Under the pieces are notes generated by a model. That model did no database searches. It saw only the letters and a list, made by a program, of their open reading frames with translations, and was not told where the DNA came from. Positions 32,270-45,000 of a stretch of 64,000 nt of DNA are shown here, in pieces; the stretch's first letter is position 1, and every line of letters starts with the position of its first letter. The DNA is taken from the NCBI RefSeq assembly GCF_018350175.1, contig NC_058382.1, forward strand, positions 61,506,001 through 61,570,000, read 5' to 3'. Both the position numbers and the translations under genes were made by a program. Source of the DNA: Felis catus. Its lineage: Eukaryota.

Positions 32270-33004
32270 GGTGGTCTCACAGTCTTCTGTCTGGGGTGTG
32301 GCGTGAGGACTATTGAGCCACAGTGGTGGGCACATTCTCCAAGGGCAGAAGCTGGGCTCTGAGGGACAGCCCGCCCTCTGGTGCGCACTGGGCACACACG
32401 GGCGTCTCAGGATGCCCAGCATGAGATGGGGTGCTCAGGCCCCTCCTACCCGTGATGCCCAGCTTCACGATCTGGCATCTTGGTCCTCTGGCCAGCAGGG
32501 CTGCATTCGGCTCAGCCTGAGGCCTGTAACCTGCCAGCCTGGGAGACCCTGTGGCCTCGTCCCCAGATGGCTACTCCTGTTCTCTGGGCACATGATTCCT
32601 TTAGGTTTGCACCTGTGTGCTCTGCCTGCCTCATGCATCTGGTGGGGGGGGAGTGGGGGTGGGGGGGGGGTTTCTGTTGTCATCCTACCTTCCAGATAAG
32701 GAAACCAAGGCTCCAGATGGAGGAAGGAATTTGCCAAAGATACACAGCTCACTTGGGATCTCAATTCAGGCCTATCCAATGCCAGGCTCTAATGTTTGCC
32801 ACACTGGCCCAGAGGAGGCCCTGAGGCACAGGACTTGTGACAGATGGGCCTACAGGGGAGGGTACTTCGTCAGCTGGGGTCCAGAACATTCAATGACACT
32901 AAATTACAACAGCCAGTAAAAACAGCCAGCTCTCAACACTTGTTCCAGGTACTTCATGGGCAGGGAGTATTATTCCCATTTAAACATAAGAAAGCAGGCA
33001 CAGA

Positions 33005-33213
33005 GGGGCACCTGGCTGGCTCAGTCAGTTGTGCGCCCGACTTTGGCTCGGGTCATGATGTTTGTGGGTTCGAGCCCTACATCAGGTTCTGTGCTGACAG
33101 CTCAGAGCCTGGAGCCTGCTTTGGACCCTGTGTCTCCCTCTCTCTGTGCCTCCCCCACTCTCACTGTGTGTGTCTCTCTCCAAAATGAATAAACATTAAA
33201 AAAAAAAAAAAAA
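33005..33213 (+). mobile_element. SINEC inserted in a MIR-like remnant, TSD aaagcaggcacaga
   Basis: Full element with TSD; flanks read as MIR (tattattcccatttaa...ggcacagaaaggtaaagaattgccc). Confidence 0.88.
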
Positions 33214-34501
33214 AGCAGGCACAGAAAGGTAAAGAATTGCCCATGGTCACACAGCCAGCAATGGGAAAGCTGACATTTGTGCAGCACCCTCCACGGGGAG
33301 ACGCTCCTGGGAGGTGAACACCGTCCTCATTGTTCTAATTCCACAGCTGAGCAAACGGGCCAGGGGACAGGTGCAGGCACACGTTCCCAGTAGGGGAAAC
33401 CAGAGTTCTAACCTATATTTGGAATATTTGGAAATAAAAACCCGTCTTGGGACAGTGGGGCTGAATGGCAAGCTTGAAGGTGAAGTCAGAATGGAGCCAA
33501 TGCAGGGCTCGCCGCCTGTGGACCCCAGGCACTGAACACGGGGCCGTCAGCCCACCGAGCCACCTGACTCAGACTGTGACAAACACAGGTCGCTTTCTCT
33601 AGAACTGTTCACAACCTAATTCCTTACTGAAGACCACGCCTTTGGTAGCACAGGCAGAAACGTACGTTCAGGGATGGCACCACTCAAGCTGGGCTTGGAT
33701 GTTGCCATCTCAGTGTCACCTGGCCGCACTCCTGTGGAAGGCAAAGGAGAAAGCTCCTGCAGGTTGAGACTCCCTAAGTTTCCATCCACAGGCGGGGCAA
33801 AAAACCTGTATAAATTGGTCACATCACTTTAGGGGTGACAAAAAATCTATTTAATAACTAGCCTGGCCCTGGACAATCCGAATGGACGTGAGAGTGGTGT
33901 CCTGGAGGGTCCACCTGTGCTGGGCATAACCCTTTAATAGTGGGGTTATGGGAGGTGATTATGGGAGGGAAGGAGGGTAAGTTCTAGGGTACTCCAGGGG
34001 AGTGGATGGAGGAGGAGGGGCATGGGGCAGGCTTGAGAGAGCAGCCATGTGCCCTCCAGTGCCGTCTTCCTCTGTGTGTCTCTGGAGACTCAATTCCCAA
34101 TCTGAGAGAGGAACATGCAGTCTTATGAGGGAGGCAGGATGCGTGCAGCTCACCCATCAAGAGACGGGGATCCGAGAGGGCATGACCCACCCCGTTCCGG
34201 CCTCCCTTTCTTGGTCCTTCCTCATTTGAACTCTAGACCCACCAACCTGCAGCAAATCCAGGTCCTACCTGGGCCAGTCGTTCTCTGAATCCCAGTTTCT
34301 TTACCTCTAAAAGGTGGGGATACCCACCTCCCAGGACATAAGAATTTAGTACAGTGCCACCCCCACACTCAAGGCTGCCCTGTATTCTCTTCTAACAAAC
34401 TCACACCAGATCGTCTTGCTCCTGCATTAGATCTCTGTGGTTCTCAATCTTGCCTGCACATTTTAATTCCCTGAAGAGCTTTTTAAAAAATATTAATGCC
34501 A

Positions 34502-34697
34502 GGGGCACCTGGGTAGCTCAGTTGCTTAAGGTGACTTCAGCTCAGTCATGATCTCTCAGTTCGTGAGTTAGAGCCCTACGTGGGGCTCTGTGCTGACAGC
34601 TCGGAGCCTAGAGCCTGCTTCGGATTCTGTCTCTCCCTCTTTCATGGCCCCTCCCCTGCTCGCGCTGTGTCTCAGAAATAAACATTATTATTTTTTA
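34502..34697 (+). mobile_element. SINEC inside a MER5-like remnant
   Basis: Head ggggcacctgggtagctcag; upstream flank gtggttctcaatcttgcctgcaca is MER5-like. Confidence 0.82.
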
Positions 34698-35039
34698 ATC
34701 AATGCCTGACGCCATTTCGGAATTTCCAGGGGTATGTCCTTGATCTTTATTGCAAAAATCTCCCCAGGAGGTTATGAAACACAGTAAGGGTGGCGAGCCT
34801 CCACCTTAAACCACAGATTCCCATACGTAGATAAACAGGAGAGTCACCCGGGACGCATTAACGACAACAAAAAGCAATCTTCCAGGACCGCCCCTAACAT
34901 TCGGTTTCAGTCTATCCCGGGGAGGCGGATGTCCAGAAAACCGTCCGCGCTTTGGGAAGCTCCTCGATTTGGATTGCTTACTTTTAATAAGGAGGAAAAT
35001 GTCCCACCTGCAGCTGTGAAGGCAGACTGAGAGGAGTCA

Positions 35040-36030
35040 CGTGCAGAGCGGGCACTAGGACCCTCCAGGTCGCCCAGCTGTCACCTGTGCATCGCCCCGG
35101 TTGGAACACCACGCGGCAGTACGCCCACCTGCGCGCACCCTCTCCTCACCTAGCCCTACCTGCGGGTTCCTCCCGCCCAGCCAGCCCGCACTCGGAGAGC
35201 AGAGTCTAGGTCCCCGGGTGCAGGTGGCTCGGAGCCCGTGAACCCCCATCCCCGTCCCAGCCGGACGTCGGTCCCGGGCACGCCTCCGGAAGACCCGGGG
35301 ACACCCAGCACCGGGGCAGCCAGGACTGCCGCGCGGAGGCGCCCAACTCGCGCGAGAACTCGCCCGGACGCGTTCGCACTTTCTTAGATGCCACTGTTGG
35401 CGGAGAGGAAGTTCCGGAGGACCGCAGCACGCAGACGCCAGAGCTCGGGCTCGCGCCAGCGCGCCGTAAGTGCGCAGGCGCGCCGGTCGTTCTCTTTTCG
35501 GCTCTTCCTTCTCCCGGTCTCCGGACGTCAGCGGCCGTTGGGTCCTATGTCGCGCCGGGCCCTCCGGAGGCTGAGGGGGGAACAGCGCGGCCAGGAGCCC
35601 CTCGGGCCCGGTGCCCTGCAGTTTGCCCTCCATGATGACGATGATGCGGAAGAAGAAGGTCCAAAGCGGGGAACAGGCGGCCGGCGCCCCCGGGGCGCAG
35701 GGAAGGAAGGCGTCTGCGTCAACAACCGGTTCGAGCTGGTGAGAAGCGGGGCTGCCTGGGGTGGGGGTGGTGGGAGGGGGTGCTGTGCCAGGCGGGTCGT
35801 GACGTCAGGGGGCGGGGCACACAGGTCTGGGCTGCGGTGGGGGCGGGGCCAGGGGCCAGTGGGTGGAGCAGGCGATGGGGTGGGCGGGGTCATGGCGGGT
35901 TGGGCGGGGCTGTCGGGGGGGTCTGGGCTGCAGGGTGGGCGTGGTCTTGACGTAGAGGGGCGGGTCCGCATCACAGTGGGCGGGGCCTCACTTCCCCAGG
36001 TCTGGGCGCTGTATTTCAGGACCGAACGTT
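35040..36030 (+). promoter_or_regulatory. TCF25: CpG-island promoter and first exon of TCF25
   Basis: Dense CpG; NRF1-like TGCGCAGGCGC at 35471-35481; perfect CRE TGACGTCA at 35800-35807; several GGGGCGGGG GC boxes at 35809-35985; no TATA box seen. Confidence 0.88.
35547..35738 (+). CDS. TCF25: TCF25 exon 1, coding part (192 nt)
   Basis: MSRRALRRL...VNNRFEL|gtgag. Confidence 0.95.
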
Positions 36031-39000
36031 GCCTATGTTAAGCTGTTGCAGGGCCATTGCTGACATTCTTGTTTACTTCTCACAACCCAGGACTTGGTGT
36101 TTTCCTCATCGCTGCATTAGCTGCGATGGTGTTTAGCTCATCTCTGCACCCACAGCAAGTGTCTGCCACAGAAATGACACCGTAGATGTGAATTGAGGAG
36201 TAAACGCCCACCGGGGTTTCTTTAGCTGTCCTCAGTCTGTACTTTGGCATGTGCGCGCATCGCCTTATTCTTGCTTCTCTGACCTCTGGCGGGTAACGTG
36301 TCCGTTTTGCTCACCTTGTATCCTCTCCTCGGTGTGCCCGAGTGGTTGAACAAACAGCAGTAGGTCTGAAGATCATGGAGAAACCAGTGACTCTTTCTTG
36401 GTCTTGTGATTGCTGCTTGCTTTATGGAAAGTTGGCAAGTTAGACACCCATCATAAGATGGTGGGGCGTGTGGGGCGTGTGGGCTTGCAGTCTGGGAGAT
36501 TGGTTTAGAGATTATTGACCTTCCCTCTTAAGGTGAGAGACAGCCTCACCCTGTAGTGTCTGGGGGAGTTGGGACGAAGCGCTTTCTTCATATTCTCCAG
36601 TCTCCCTCCACTTGTTCCGATTCTGAGATGAAAAGTAACTCCTTCCCCACTACCTGTTTCTTCTCATTTCTTTCTTCCTTTTTGACATTTTTATCATAAA
36701 AAAATTTCAAACATGTACAAAAATAAAAGTAGTATTAACCTTCACGTGCTCATCTCCCAGCTCCCACAGTTGGAAACACGGCCAGTTGTGTCTGCCCAGT
36801 ATTTCCGTCACATCACGTGTCCATAAATTTGCCACTTTTCTGACTTCTCTCAAAATACTGAAGTCTTCCTTCTCATCTCACTTGTCCACGGGCTGAAATC
36901 AATTTGTGCTGTAGGCAGCCATTTCCACAGGCGTTTTATCTGCTTGTGCTTTCTCTTTCCCCATATCCCCAAGATTTAGCCCTTAACACCAACAGCTGCT
37001 CTTTGGAGGACATTGAACATTGCAGGTGCTGCTGCTGCATCATATGATTCTCATAGTCTGGGAAGGAGATCTTGTAGTCCCCCCTGTGCAAATGACATGC
37101 TAAGTGACGCTTGGAGAGTAAACCCAGGCTTTCTGACCTAAAATTTGTACCCTTAACCATGTCATGGTTTTTGTCTCTGAAGCAAAGTTAATGTTCCTGC
37201 TGAAGAAGAAAGGAGGGTAGATGGACAGGGGGGCAGAGTGTTTGGGAGAAATGAAAAAAATGGCAGATGCTTACCTGTGTGAATGGAGGAAAAGAATTCT
37301 GATGTGGACCTCCCCATGACATCATGTCAGAGGGACTCAAGGTCTGTACCTGCTCAGGACTCTGCTGTTTGTGTGTTCCCTTCCACTTTCTGACACTGGT
37401 GTCACCAGCTCAGATGTCCTTCCTGGTCTTGGGATTCATACCTCCAACTCAACGTCTGTCACCTCTTAGACCTTTCACAGACGTCTCAAACCCAGTGTGT
37501 CCAACTGTTAACTGCTCTTTCTGCCTCCTCCAGCCTTCTCTATCTCCGTTTTTCCTTTTGTCCATGCCAGCAACCTGAAGGTATCCCTGATCTTTCTCTC
37601 TCTCAACAATATACGAGACCATTCTGAAGTCCGGTAGCACCTGGGTGGGGACTGTTGCCTCTGGCCTGGATCACCGTCATCCTTCGGCCCAGTCCTTCTC
37701 TTCTTGTTCCTTTGCCACCTGTCTGAATGCAGCAGCTACAGTCACACATACGTCTGACCTCAGCCCTCCTTTCTTCGCAACCCCCCAATGATCCCACGCC
37801 GGTCTCGTTTACCCCATGAGCTCTGCCACCTCATTTCCTTAAAATCTTGCTCGCTCTGCTGTAGCCATAGTGACCTGTCCCCTTTGCTGTCTCCTCTGCC
37901 TTTAACACCGTGTATTCAGATGTCCCGTGTCTCACTTCTCCTTCCTCAGGATTTGCTCAGAGGACGCCTTCTCAGTCTTGCCTACCCTTCCTACCTGCTT
38001 TCAAAGTGGAGTTATCTGCACATTCCCATTCCCCTTCTTCTGTTCTTTCTCAGTTTTCCCTGGCAGCTATCATAGAACATACCGTACAGATTCTCTGTCG
38101 GTTCTTTCTATTTGGTGTTACTTTCCTTCCTTGCTGTCTGATGAAGTAGAAGCTTTGTGGGAACAGAGACTTTGCTGCTCCCTAACATGTCCCCACCACC
38201 CTGTGTCTGGCGCCCAGGTATGCAGAAAATTTACTGCATGAATTAGCATTTCCTCTAAGCGGACCAGCACGTACTGTCTCCAGCCAGAATGTATGTGCAC
38301 AGGCTTTGGAGTCAGAAGGACCTAGGTTTGGATCCCAGCCCCATCTCTTCATAGCTGTGAGAACGTGGACAAGATATCTAACATAAGCTTCAGTTTTCCT
38401 GTTTCTTGGCGATGATCTCACTTCATGGGATTTTCATGAGTGATAAATGAAGTAATAACGTGTGTCGCCTTTAGCCCATACTGGGCAGACGGCCCTCTGC
38501 AAATGTAGGTATTAAATGAAATTGAAAACCACGGTAGGAATGTGACCTGAAGTGGTTTACTGAGAAGCCTTTCCGGGGCGCTTAGAAGTGCTCTCCTGGA
38601 GAGAGGGAAGCAGAGCAGGAGACATTCTTCGTTGTTAGTTCATGGATTTATCCTCACAACTAGCCCTTGGGTGATTTTGTTGCTGCTGCTGTTGTTGTTG
38701 TTGTTGTTGTTGTTTTGGCTTTAGATTAGAAATCATCTCTCTTTTTTAAAATTCTGCATATAAGTGGACCAGCACATTTCAAACCTGTGTTGTTACAGGG
38801 TTAACTGTATGTGTATATGTCTCTGTTTTTATGTTCAATATAATGGTCATGCCTGGAAAGTAATTGAAATAAGCATCTAAGTTGTAAAATTAAATAAAAA
38901 ACCAAACTTCTTCCAAAATAAGTTTCGGTGATTAGGCTGCTGCTGTTTGGCTGGAATAAGGACTTGAAATTGTTCAGTGATCTTTGAGTTGGTGTTCAAC

Positions 39001-42000
39001 ATGTGTCATCTTTGATATCGAGTTGATTTTGATCCTTTGTGTTTTGTTTTTTTGTTTTTTTTTTTAAATTTTTTTAATGTTTATTTATTTTTGAGACAGA
39101 GACAGAGCATGAACAGGGGAGGGGCAGAGAGACAGGGAGACACAGAATCTGAAACAGGCTCCAGGCTCTGAGCTGTCAGCACAGAGCCTGACGTGGGGCT
39201 CAAACCCACGAACTGTGAGATCATGACCTGAGCCGAAGTCGGGCGCTCAACCGACTGAGCCACCCAGGCGCCCCACAGAAACAGTACGTTTAAAGTAATT
39301 TTTCTTAGAGAGACACCATGCAAGCAGGGGAGGGACAGAGAGAGAGGGGAACAGAGGATCTGAAGGGGGCTCTGCGCTGACAGCAGTGAGCCCTATGCGG
39401 GGCTCAATCTCACAAACCACAAAATCATGACCTGGGCCAAAGTTGGACGCTCAACACACTGGGCCCCCCAGGCGCCCCTCAACATAAATCTTGTGTCTTC
39501 CAACCCAGTGATTCTACCTCTGCATACTTACCCAAGAGACTTCTGCAAAAACGCTCACACAGTAGCTTTCATCCAAACAGCCGCAGATGGGAAGACCCTC
39601 AAGCGACTTCCTCTGCCTGATGGGTAAGCTAACGTAGCGCGTCCACACAAAGGAGTACTGGTGACCAATAATATGGGCACCAGCAGGATAAGCGTCAACA
39701 CATTACACTGTGTGTATGGAGCTAGACACAAAAGAAGGCATACTCTGGCTCTTTCTGCACCAAGTTCTAAGACAGGCACAGGCCATCTCTGGTGGAAGAA
39801 ATCTTAGCAATGTTTGCTGGAGTCAGCAGGAAATGTTAGTTGGAGATGGTAGGAGGCATATATTTCTGGGGTAATGGGAGCATCTTACATCTTGGTAAGA
39901 GTGTGGGTTACATACTTATGCAGTTTCCAAAACTCATACTGTGCGTCTGTTTCAAGCCACGTAAATTATACTCCAGTTCCGTGCTCCTCCCCCCAAAAAA
40001 GACAAAATTCCCACCCGGTGTTTATTGAAGTATCGATCAAGCCTTATCCCCGTGGAATAGCAGAGAATATGTGTGTAGTGAACAAGAACCTCTTGAAATT
40101 GTTACCCATTTGAGACTGTGAAACTGATGAAAGTACCAGCTTTTGGATACCAAATGAGATTTACCTCAGGATGGTGGGTGGAGAGTCCTTGAGTGCTAGT
40201 GCCTGCTGATACAAATAGCAATGAATCATGCGCAGTTAGCAACTGTTTCCAGTAAAGAAACAAGACTGAGTATGTATATCGTTGGAGGTTTGCACATGTG
40301 CGCACAGACCCAGAATATTTCAGGTGAAGCTTAGCTTGGCATAGAGCTTATGCATTTGAATTTCTCCGAACACCTCAAGTTTCCAGAAGGGGCTCAAAAA
40401 ATAATATCTTAGTGGGGCGCCTGGCTAGGTCAGTCAGTGGAGCATGTGACTTTTGATCTGGGGGTTGTGAGTTTGAGCCCCATGCTGAGTGTAGATATTA
40501 CTTAAAAATAAAATAAAAAATTCTTGGGGCACGTGGGTGGCGCAGTTGGTTGAGCGTCAAACTCTTGATTTTGGCTCAGGTCGTGATCTCACAGTAGTGA
40601 GGTCTAGCCCTGAGTCGGTCTCTGCGTTGGACACGGACCTTGCCGAAGATTCTCCCTCTCCCTCTGACCCTGCCCTGCTCTCGTGTGTGCATGCACCCTC
40701 TTTGTCTCAAAAAAATTTTTTCTTAAAAAATTTTTTTAAGGAAGCAGACGTGACTTGGAGTAAACCAGCACCCGGCTTCACTAGAGGCATTAGGGGTAGA
40801 ATTCCGTTGAATACCAGAGAAAGTGTAGGTGCCAGTTCCCCAGTGCATCCCCCACTTGTTTAGAGGAAATGTCCCAGGAGGCCACGTTCTAGTTTTCTTC
40901 CTTTGCTCCAACATCCAAACCAACCAGACCACACATGGGCCTCTGGCTTTACAATGCCACCACTCAAAAGAAGGTGTCTGCGGTAGGAGTCCCCACAGTA
41001 TCGGCAGCGCGGGGACAGAAACTATTGTGCTAGAAGTCAAGCATTTTTGAGTCAGATATGGATTTGCAGACAGATTGGCATCACGTACTTCTGGGTTGTG
41101 TCCTTGGTAGGCTCCATTGGTAAAGAAAGCAAAACCAAAGGACACAAAAATTTGTTCCCGTGTTCTTTTCTTTGACACTTTCCCAGCTGAGACGGTAGGC
41201 CAAAAGAGAACCATCACTGAAAAACTCACCGGCTGCAGTGTGACCTCAAGTTTAACAAGAAATTGTCTCAGGGTTGTGGGGGTTAAAACATGTTATTTTG
41301 GGGTGCCTGGTGGTTCAGTTGGTTGAGTGTCCAGCTCTTGATTTTGGCTCAGGTCATGATCTCGCCATTCGTGGGATCCAGCCCCACGTCAGGCTCTTGC
41401 TGACGATACTGAACCTGCTTGGGATTCTCTCTCTCCCTTTCTCTCTGCCCCTCCCCTGCTCGTGTTTTCTCTCTCAATAAACAAACAAACAAACAAATAA
41501 GTAAATTAAAAAAATAGGTGTTATCTTTATTTTTTGGCTTTATATTTTTCAGAGGTTCTAAATTGAACATACAGTTTTATTTTTGTGTATTTTGTGTATT
41601 TCACTGTACTAGATTGGGTCCATCCCATCTCATCTGGTTTATGAAGCGTAGTTAGTGTTCCTGCTAACCTCTTTTATCTGTTTGTTCATTGACTGGCTAA
41701 AGGGCCAGAACTTCCCCTGTAACTTGTACCCACCCCTGCCCCCGTCTCGCCTCCAGGGTGTGTGTTTAGGGTGTGCGGGAGTGTGTGCATGTGTGGGTCC
41801 TTCCTTTTCGCTACTATGTAAGGTTCTGTCCTGAGTTATTTTTATTATCGTGTGTTACTTTTATCAGGGAAGAGTTTCCAGGTAGGTCAGTCCTTGGGTA
41901 CTGTTTCTTCCCCCAGGTTCTTGTCCTGTCTGCTACTGTAGATGAGCTACCTAGTGTCTCCAGTAGGAGGAAAGAATATTAATGCATCGACAGAACAAAT

Positions 42001-45000
42001 GTATATACGAATCTTTGTGCTAGGGTTCTGTTCCATAAGGGAGGTAAGTTGTAACGTTTGGGGGTTCTTCATTATGTCCCCTCTGAAGACAGAGACCCCG
42101 TGGGGCCACACGGTGCCCAGCATTCTCTGGAGTTTATTGACTAAAGTAACCGTGAACCAGGGCTGTTCAGAAGGTGAGCAGTACGGCTCTGCTAGGCACA
42201 CAGACTTACGTTTCTTCCTCCTGTGACCTCAGGGTGATCCTGAACGTGTCTCCCCGCCTCCCCTCCCCACCCCCGCCCTGTCCTGCTCTCTTGTCTCTAA
42301 CACAGTTCAGTATCACCATGGGATCTGTGACCAGGACACCCGTAATACCCTTGTTCTCTCCCATCTGTCTTCCAGATAAACATTGAGGACCTTGAGGAGG
42401 GACCAGTGCTGAATGGGGAGAGACCCGAGTGTCTGCTCACAGGGAACAGAAGGAGATCCCAGAGTGGAGGTGCAGATGCCAAGAAAGCTGGAGAAGTGGC
42501 TGGCAAGGCAGCACCCCCAGAGCAGGTGTGGGGACTAGGAGGTGCCAGCCACATGCACCCTCTGCTGTCGTTTTCTGGGTCCCAGTCGTCCCCGCTTTTC
42601 CTTGGGACCCCTGATAAGATTTGCATGACACCCTCGAGACGAGTTGTGGGCATCGAGGAGGCCCCACACAGCGTCCCCGAGTCAAGTTTTCTTGGCACAA
42701 GAGTGGCCCCCGCACTCTGGGAGGGTCTGCTCCTCCCTCCCCAGGGGGTGTGTTTTTTGTGACTGTGTGTCTGGAGCTCTGGTCAGGTGGTCAAGACCCT
42801 GGGTGGACGTGCCTTGAAGAAGTACGTAGGTCAGGTTAGCGTTGGGGTGTGGCTGGTGTGCCCGACGGCAGTGCGGGAGAGGGTCCCTCAGGAGATCTTT
42901 TGCTTGTTTACTCAGTAAGTGCTTTTTGTCAGCCTACCGGGTTCTGGGGACAAGCCTGCCTTCCTGGGGCCTCTGGTCGAGAGAGCGACAGATGAGGACA
43001 GACAAGTGCAGCTGGAGGGACCCTGACTCGTGGCGTAGAGAGGGGCACCTGCCTGAGCTTGGGGTGGTGTAGTGCTTCGCGTTGCGGGGAAGGAGGTGGC
43101 CAGGTGAAGGGGCGAGAGCGATTCGGGCAGAGGCACCAAGGGTGTGGGGGAGTGCAGTGCGGGGTCCCAGCCTCCAGGGTGGCTGAGCGTGGCAGGGAGA
43201 GTGGTTGACAAAGTGAAAGATGACGGCAGAGGGCAGGTGGGTGGATGCTTCACACCCTGTGAGCCTCTTGAGGTCCTGGGAAGCCACGAGTTCTGTCAGG
43301 AAGGAGAAACTTGGAGGGAACCAGAGTTGTGGGCCAGTGGGAGGTCTGTGTTGTTGAAGCAGGTGAGCTCACAGGACGTTCAGGGTGGGAGGGAGGGGAC
43401 CCAAGCCTGTGTTCCCGTGTCCCCCTGTGGCTTGCTGCTTTAGTTGTCAGCATGTAAGATTTTATTGTCTCTTTCCTTGACTAAAATGTGCTTCTTTTGT
43501 TAGTCTAATATAAGTGGCAAACTCCGAAAGAAGAAAAAGAAACAGAAAAATAAGAAAAACACTGCAGGAGAAATTCTGGTATGTGCATCTGGCTGTTTCT
43601 CAGGGCAGTTCATTTTCATTTGATATTTTGATTCCTTCCCGTTAGGAGTCTAACTCGGAGGTCAGGGAAGGTCACTTACCAAATCTCACTCGTGTTTGTT
43701 CACTTTGTTCCTTGAGGGTCGGACCTCCCTCTGTGCTTTCTGTTTTCTGGTGACATCTGAAATGATGCTCTCTGGATGGTGCAGCCTCTGTCACTGGACT
43801 GCCCATGTGCCCCGACCTTTCTCTAGTGCTGATGGACTAATCAGATGTTGAGGTGTAAGCCTCCAGGTCCAGTCGGTTGTCAGAAAATCTGTTTTCGTTA
43901 TCGCCTGCGGCCCTCGTCACCTGATTCTGTGTGTCCTGAGGAGGCTGTGGCCCTCTGTGCCTGTCACTGGCAGTTACAGCCCAAGTCCCACCTGAAGAGC
44001 TTGGCGGGCACATCCGAAAGATGAGCAGTGTAGGCCTGTGACTTGGTCATTTCAAGAGTCCTTCTGGTTCTGTGATCTCGCCGATTCTGAGCTTCCTCTA
44101 ACGAAGCCTGTCTCCTTTTTTTCTAAATATGTGTGCAGTGCGGCATTCAGGAAGTAGACCCAATAGAATGCTGCTTCTTTGTAAAAACCATTTTGTTGTT
44201 GATCTTACACTTAAAATAAAGTCTGTGTGGTGATTAAATGTTCTTCTGGGGCTTTTAGGAAAATGGGCTGGAAGATATTGATCGCATCCTGGAGAGGATT
44301 GAGGATGGCGGTGGTTTAAGCCGCCCAGGCCCGCCTCCCCTGAGCTCAAAGAAGCACATCCTGTATGTGGAGCACAGGTTAGCCCGTCCCCCTCCCGGCT
44401 GACACAGGGACTCTTTCAAAGGGAAGGTAATATTTCAAAAAGAAGGAAACTTACTGTCTTGATCTAAAAGTGATGTAGGTTTATCGCCAAACATTGAGGC
44501 AGCAGGGGCAAGGACAGAAGGCGAGGGAGGCCCCTCTGTTTCCAAGGACCCATCACTTAGCTTTGTAGATCTCTGGGAGTGTTTTTTTCTCGGAAGGTGC
44601 TGAAGTCAGAGGTCATCCTGGGACAGGTTATTCCTGTCTTGTCCTCATAGATGCCTATGAAAAGCCTGTCCCTACTGAAGAGATTGTTGCCAGTGTTTAA
44701 AGAGCCATCTCTTTTCCTGAGTCAGTGAGCACACCTTGATCTAGTCGCAGGTCTGAGGCTGCTCTGACTTGGCCCCAGGACCGGCTGCCTCTGCTTCAGG
44801 TTAGCGTGGTTTTGAAGGAGGCCTGCCGGTTGTCTTCCTGCCAGAATAGCTGTTCTCTCTGCTGGGTTTTATGTGACCTTTCAGAATTCCCAGATTCAGT
44901 GTAGAAGAACTCAGTTTCATTTCTGTCCGTGAAATTTTCAATTCTCTAGACACTTGAATCCAGACACAGAACTGAAAAGATATTTTGGTGCTCGAGCTGT

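Noticed and set aside
35055..35633. 192-aa antisense ORF in the CpG island (possible divergent gene)
   Set aside because: Stop-poor GC-rich sequence with low-complexity translation and no supporting exon structure.
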